DNA from: Longimicrobiales bacterium
GTDB taxonomy: Bacteria > Gemmatimonadota > Gemmatimonadetes > Longimicrobiales > Gaopeijiaceae
DNA length: 64,000 bases
NCBI GenBank assembly: GCA_963664435.2
Contig: CAXXKM010000001.1
Span: forward strand, 608,001 to 672,000
Direction: 5' to 3'
Shown piece after piece: positions 60,061 through 64,000 of the stretch; position 1 is the stretch's first letter, and every line of letters starts with the position of its first letter. The position numbers and the translations under genes were made by a program. Below the pieces are notes generated by a model, which was not told where the DNA came from, made no database searches, and saw only the letters and a list, made by a program, of their open reading frames with translations.

Positions 60061-61160
60061 GAGCCGGTACCCGTGAGTCCCTCCTGGACATCCCGAAGGC
60101 GCACCCACGCTCCGCTTTGCAGCGATTCGATGCAGGCCTGAACCACGAGAAGCGTCTTCAGATGATCGCGGGCCGTGGTCACGGGCTCGGCCTCGCCGCG
60201 AACGGCGACGAGGAACTCGGCCAGCAGCTCGCGCGTGTCGTCGATGAAGGCCGTGCAGGGCGCGAGCGCTTCCGCGACCGGCGTCTCCGCTTCTGCGTCT
60301 CCCTTGAAGTTGCTGCCGCGGAGTCCCAGGCCGCGATCGAAATCGACGCGCACCAGGTCCTCGAACTGCTCGCGCTGAATCAGCGCCCCGTCCTCGAATT
60401 CGGTGCGCCAGCGGAAGTCCATGCGATTCCACGCCGCCGTCCACGTCCCCAGGTAGTTCGCGCGAACTCCGTTCTCGAAGCGGAAGAGCACGGAGACGCA
60501 GCAGTCGTCTTCATAGGTGCTCCACGACGGCCGCCAGGTGTCGCACACCAGCGACTCAACCTCGGCGTCGTAGCAGTAGCGCAGCAGGTCGAAGTGATGG
60601 ATGCTCTGCTCCAGCAGCATCGGATGAGCCATCGTCATCACGTAGTCGCTCAGGTCGTGGCGGTTGCCGTCCCGCTGCCGGTGGTAGGTGAAGTGCCCGT
60701 AGCTGAGGGCGCCCAGTTGGCGACTTCGCGCGTAGTGACGGATCCGCTGTGAGGTCGGCAGGTAGCGGAAGTTCATCCCGACCAGGAGATGGCGGCCGGC
60801 CTCGTCCGCCCTGGCGATGAGGTCGAGGACTTCGTGCATCTCGTCGGAAAGGGGCTTCTCGCAGAGGACGTCGAGGCCCCGTGCGAACGCCTGGCTCACG
60901 AGGGAATGATGGCTGTCCGGCGGGGTGGCGATGACCACCGCGTCGGCCGCGATGTGGGTGAGGGCGGAGGCGAAATCGCGTTCCACCGGGGCGTCCGGTG
61001 CGTGCTTGTCCCGGGCTCGCCGCGCCCGTGCTTCGTCAAGATCCATGATGCCGGCCAACGTCGCGTCCGGGGCTTCGGCGATGACGCGGGCCCATTTGGC
61101 GCCCCGGACGCCCGCGCCTGCGAGGAGGATGCGCGCGTGGTCGCTTCCCGCCGGGCACAT
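60057..61160 (-). CDS. Gfo/Idh/MocA oxidoreductase
   Basis: AGAGVRG, IATPP, CEKP, SIHHFD. Start 61160 or 61238. Confidence 0.9.
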   Translation of the reverse strand: MCPAGSDHARILLAGAGVRGAKWARVIAEAPDATLAGIMDLDEARARRARDKHAPDAPVERDFASALTHIAADAVVIATPPDSHHSLVSQAFARGLDVLCEKPLSDEMHEVLDLIARADEAGRHLLVGMNFRYLPTSQRIRHYARSRQLGALSYGHFTYHRQRDGNRHDLSDYVMTMAHPMLLEQSIHHFDLLRYCYDAEVESLVCDTWRPSWSTYEDDCCVSVLFRFENGVRANYLGTWTAAWNRMDFRWRTEFEDGALIQREQFEDLVRVDFDRGLGLRGSNFKGDAEAETPVAEALAPCTAFIDDTRELLAEFLVAVRGEAEPVTTARDHLKTLLVVQACIESLQSGAWVRLRDVQEGLTGTGS

Positions 61161-61212
61161 CAGGGCGCCCCGTCCCGCGAGGGGCAGCTGCGCGCCGGGA
61201 ACGAGCCCGGCT

Positions 61213-62385
61213 TCACGATTGCCGCGTCCGTTCGACAAAACGCTTCATCCGCCCCAGGGCTTCTTCCATGGAGGCATAGGGAGACAGCAGGGTGATGCGG
61301 ATGTGCCGGTTGGCGGGATCCGCGAACATGGTTCCGGGAAAGACCATCACCTTCTCCCGGCGCAGCAGCTCAAGGCAGAAGGTCTCCGCGTCGAGCCCCG
61401 TGCTGGAGATGTTGGCGTAGACGTACATCCCGCCGCCCGGCCGGCCATACGAAATGCCCATCTGGTCGAGGCTCCGGAGCACCAGATCGAGCCGGCGCTC
61501 GTACTCGGCCAGCATCGAGGCAACCGCCTCGTCTCCCCCGTCCAGGGCTGCGAGCGCCCCGCGCTGCAGGGCCGGAGGCGTGCAGATGCTCAGGGTGTGC
61601 TTGATCTCCACGGCGGGCTCCATGAACCAGTCGGGCGCGGCCAGGTAGCCGATGCGCCACCCGGTCATCGCGTACGCCTTGGAGAAGCCGTTCACCGTGA
61701 CGGTGCGGTCGAGAAGGTTGCCGAGAGTGCCCAGGCTGACATGCTCCCGCCCGTCGAAGATCAGCTTCTCGTAGATCTCGTCGGAGATGACGAGGAGGTC
61801 GTGCTCCCCGGCCAGTTCCGCGATGCGCGCCAACTCCTCACGCGGCGTGAGGCCGCCGGTGGGATTGTTCGGGTTCGCGATCACGAGGAGCTTCGAGCGC
61901 TCCGTCAGGGCGTTGCGGATGGCGTCGGCCCTGAGCGCGAAGTCATCCTCCTCCAGGGTCGGCACCTCGACCACCCGGCCACCGGCCAGGTTGACCATGT
62001 AGTCGAAGGCGTTGAAGCGCGGCGCCTGGAGCACCACTTCGTCGCCGGGATCGACCAGCGCCAGGATGGAGATGAGGAGCGCTTCCTGGACTCCGTTGGT
62101 GACGATGATCTGCCCGGCCGGATAGTCGAGACCGTTGTCGCGTTTGAGCTTGCCGGAGATAGCCTCGCGCAGTTCGGGGAGACCGGGCGGGGCCGTGTAG
62201 TGGGTATAGCCGTCCGCCAGGGCTTCAGCTCCCGCGGCGACGATGTCCGGTGGCGTGTCGAAGTCGGGGTCGCCCCGGCCGAGCGCGATGATGCCGTCGA
62301 GGCCGGACGACAGCTCGAGCATGCGGGTGCGGAAGCTGGACTTCACACTGACGGCGCGGGCGGCGAGATGGGATCCTGAGACCAT
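61213..62385 (-). CDS. Class I/II PLP aminotransferase
   Basis: LGRGDPD, NPNNPTG, SDEIY, SKAYAMTGWRIG. Confidence 0.93.
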   Translation of the reverse strand: MVSGSHLAARAVSVKSSFRTRMLELSSGLDGIIALGRGDPDFDTPPDIVAAGAEALADGYTHYTAPPGLPELREAISGKLKRDNGLDYPAGQIIVTNGVQEALLISILALVDPGDEVVLQAPRFNAFDYMVNLAGGRVVEVPTLEEDDFALRADAIRNALTERSKLLVIANPNNPTGGLTPREELARIAELAGEHDLLVISDEIYEKLIFDGREHVSLGTLGNLLDRTVTVNGFSKAYAMTGWRIGYLAAPDWFMEPAVEIKHTLSICTPPALQRGALAALDGGDEAVASMLAEYERRLDLVLRSLDQMGISYGRPGGGMYVYANISSTGLDAETFCLELLRREKVMVFPGTMFADPANRHIRITLLSPYASMEEALGRMKRFVERTRQS

Positions 62386-63677
62386 CAGACCGCCCCGGCC
62401 GAAACCGGAGGCCGCGCGTACAGGCAGCTCCCGCGCACGAAGGTCATCTGCACGCGCTCCAGGTCGCGGAGGTCGTCGAGCGGGTTGCCGTCCACCACGA
62501 TGACATCGGCTTCCTTGCCTGCCTCCACGGTGCCGATGCGGTCGTCGAGCCGGTTCATGATGGCGGCCTCGCGGGTGGCGCTCATGATGGCGGCGTGATT
62601 GTCGGCCACCACGCCCACCTTGATCATGAACTCCATCTCGGGGACCACCACGCCGTGGCGCACCGCAGGGCTGCCGGCGTCGGTCCCGAACACGATGCGC
62701 ACGCCCGCGCGCGCCGCCCGCAGCAGCCCGTCGTAGCGGCTCTTGTCGGCGACCAGCCGCTGGCGTTCCCTGATCTTCCACTCGGGGATGTTGTACTTGC
62801 GCGCGATCTCGGGTTTTGACTGGAGGAGGACGGGCGAGAAGGTGGTGATGATGGGAACCCCGCGCTCGACCAGCTTGCCGATGGTTCGGTCGGACATGCT
62901 GCCGCCGTGTTCGACCGTGTCGATGCCGAAGTCGACGGCGCGCTCGATACAGGCGTCGAAGGTGGCGTGCGCGGTGATGGGAAGGTTGCTGCGATGGGTC
63001 TCGTCGACGATCGCCTCGAGCTCCTCGTCGGTGAACTCCAGGAGGTCGTGGCACATCATGATCTTGATGAGATCGGCGCCGGCCTTGACCTGTTCCCGCA
63101 CGGCGCGCCGCATCTCGTCGGCGCCGGTGGCTTCCCGGCAGCACCAGTAGGTGTGGCCGCCGGTCTGGACGATCGCCTCCGCGACGATCAGCAGCCGCGG
63201 GCCCGCGAACACCCCCTGCTCCACCGCCTGCTTGGCGAACGCGCCGCTCCGGTTCATCCCCAGGTCGCGCACCAGGGTGATGCCCGCCCGCACGCAGGCC
63301 AGCATGTTGGCGGCCGCCTTGTAGGCGCTGATCTCGGGCGCGTCTCCGAGCGACTGGGCGGCCAGGTCGTGGATCCCGTCCCAGGCCAGGTGGGCGTGGC
63401 TGTTGATCAGCCCGGCGAGGATGGTTCCGCCGGTTTCCACCACCGCCGGTCCTCCGCTCCCGGCTCGGCCGCCTGCCCGGGCGCCACCGCCGCCCACCGC
63501 CCCACCGCCCTCACCGACGGATGTGATCATGCCCCCTTCAAGGGTCACGTGACCGTTTTCGATCACCTCGCGCCCGACCCCGGTGATCACACGGCCCCGC
63601 AGCGTCACCGACGCGGGCTCCCTCGGGGCCAGGTCCTGCAGGACCGGCTGGAACTTCCAAGCTGGTGCTTCGGGCAT
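62385..63677 (-). CDS. Cytoplasmic amidohydrolase
   Basis: INSHAH, LIKIM, TAHA, EHG, GTDAG; no signal peptide. Confidence 0.9.
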   Translation of the reverse strand: MPEAPAWKFQPVLQDLAPREPASVTLRGRVITGVGREVIENGHVTLEGGMITSVGEGGGAVGGGGARAGGRAGSGGPAVVETGGTILAGLINSHAHLAWDGIHDLAAQSLGDAPEISAYKAAANMLACVRAGITLVRDLGMNRSGAFAKQAVEQGVFAGPRLLIVAEAIVQTGGHTYWCCREATGADEMRRAVREQVKAGADLIKIMMCHDLLEFTDEELEAIVDETHRSNLPITAHATFDACIERAVDFGIDTVEHGGSMSDRTIGKLVERGVPIITTFSPVLLQSKPEIARKYNIPEWKIRERQRLVADKSRYDGLLRAARAGVRIVFGTDAGSPAVRHGVVVPEMEFMIKVGVVADNHAAIMSATREAAIMNRLDDRIGTVEAGKEADVIVVDGNPLDDLRDLERVQMTFVRGSCLYARPPVSAGAV

Positions 63678-63786
63678 GATGGTGTATCGCCTCCGTCAGT
63701 TTGGCGCGAGCCCGCACGAGCATCGTGGCGCCCCGAGCCTGTTCGTGCTGGTTGGTCGCAAGCTTCTTCGTTCGTGTCGGGCTTCC

Positions 63787-64000
63787 TCAGATCCCCAGCT
63801 CCGCCAGCGCCCGCGCGCCTGCGTCGAGATTGGTGAGCCTCATGCTCGCGTAGTTGGGCGAATAGATGACGCCGGCCGCGCCCGCCTCGTACGCCGCGTG
63901 CACGCTCTCGTACACGATCTCGGGCGTGCAAGCCGCCTGTTCCGGGCTCGATCGCGGCGCGTCCACGCCCACGCCCATCAGCACCGGCAGCTCCCCGTCC
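63787..64000 (-). CDS. C-terminal fragment of a hypothetical protein
   Basis: Frame open to the window edge; ends AYEAGAAGVIYSPNYASMRLTNL... Confidence 0.6.
   Translation of the reverse strand, partial: DGELPVLMGVGVDAPRSSPEQAACTPEIVYESVHAAYEAGAAGVIYSPNYASMRLTNLDAGARALAELGI

Overview
This is a high-GC bacterial window, densely coding and mostly on the minus strand. Its gene content (SusC/SusD-like pair, DUF5916, 6-bladed propeller lipoprotein, VPS10/BNR protein, many secreted amidohydrolases) resembles Gemmatimonadota; that taxonomy is an inference. All product calls come from motif recognition by eye, with no database searches. The best candidate for an undescribed system is at about 1-18.6 kb. 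It is a co-oriented, PUL-like locus in which a SusC/SusD importer is coupled not to glycoside hydrolases but to exported enzymes: two Tat-signal NicX-like proteins, a DUF917-like lipoprotein, four tandem secreted amidohydrolases and a Tat-signal Rossmann protein, plus a cytoplasmic SAM methyltransferase. This suggests periplasmic breakdown of an N-heterocycle or amide. Other oddities are a signal peptide encoded through a terminator hairpin with a possible ATC start, a likely ATT start codon, a PLP-lysine-less aminotransferase coupled to an intact paralog, a Tat-signal GatC/AtzG-like partner of a signal-less amidase, a tandem VOC protein with an H/H/H/E site, a double-domain antitoxin, an ISNCY remnant and a 17-bp tandem repeat array. 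I found no rRNA, tRNA or CRISPR array.
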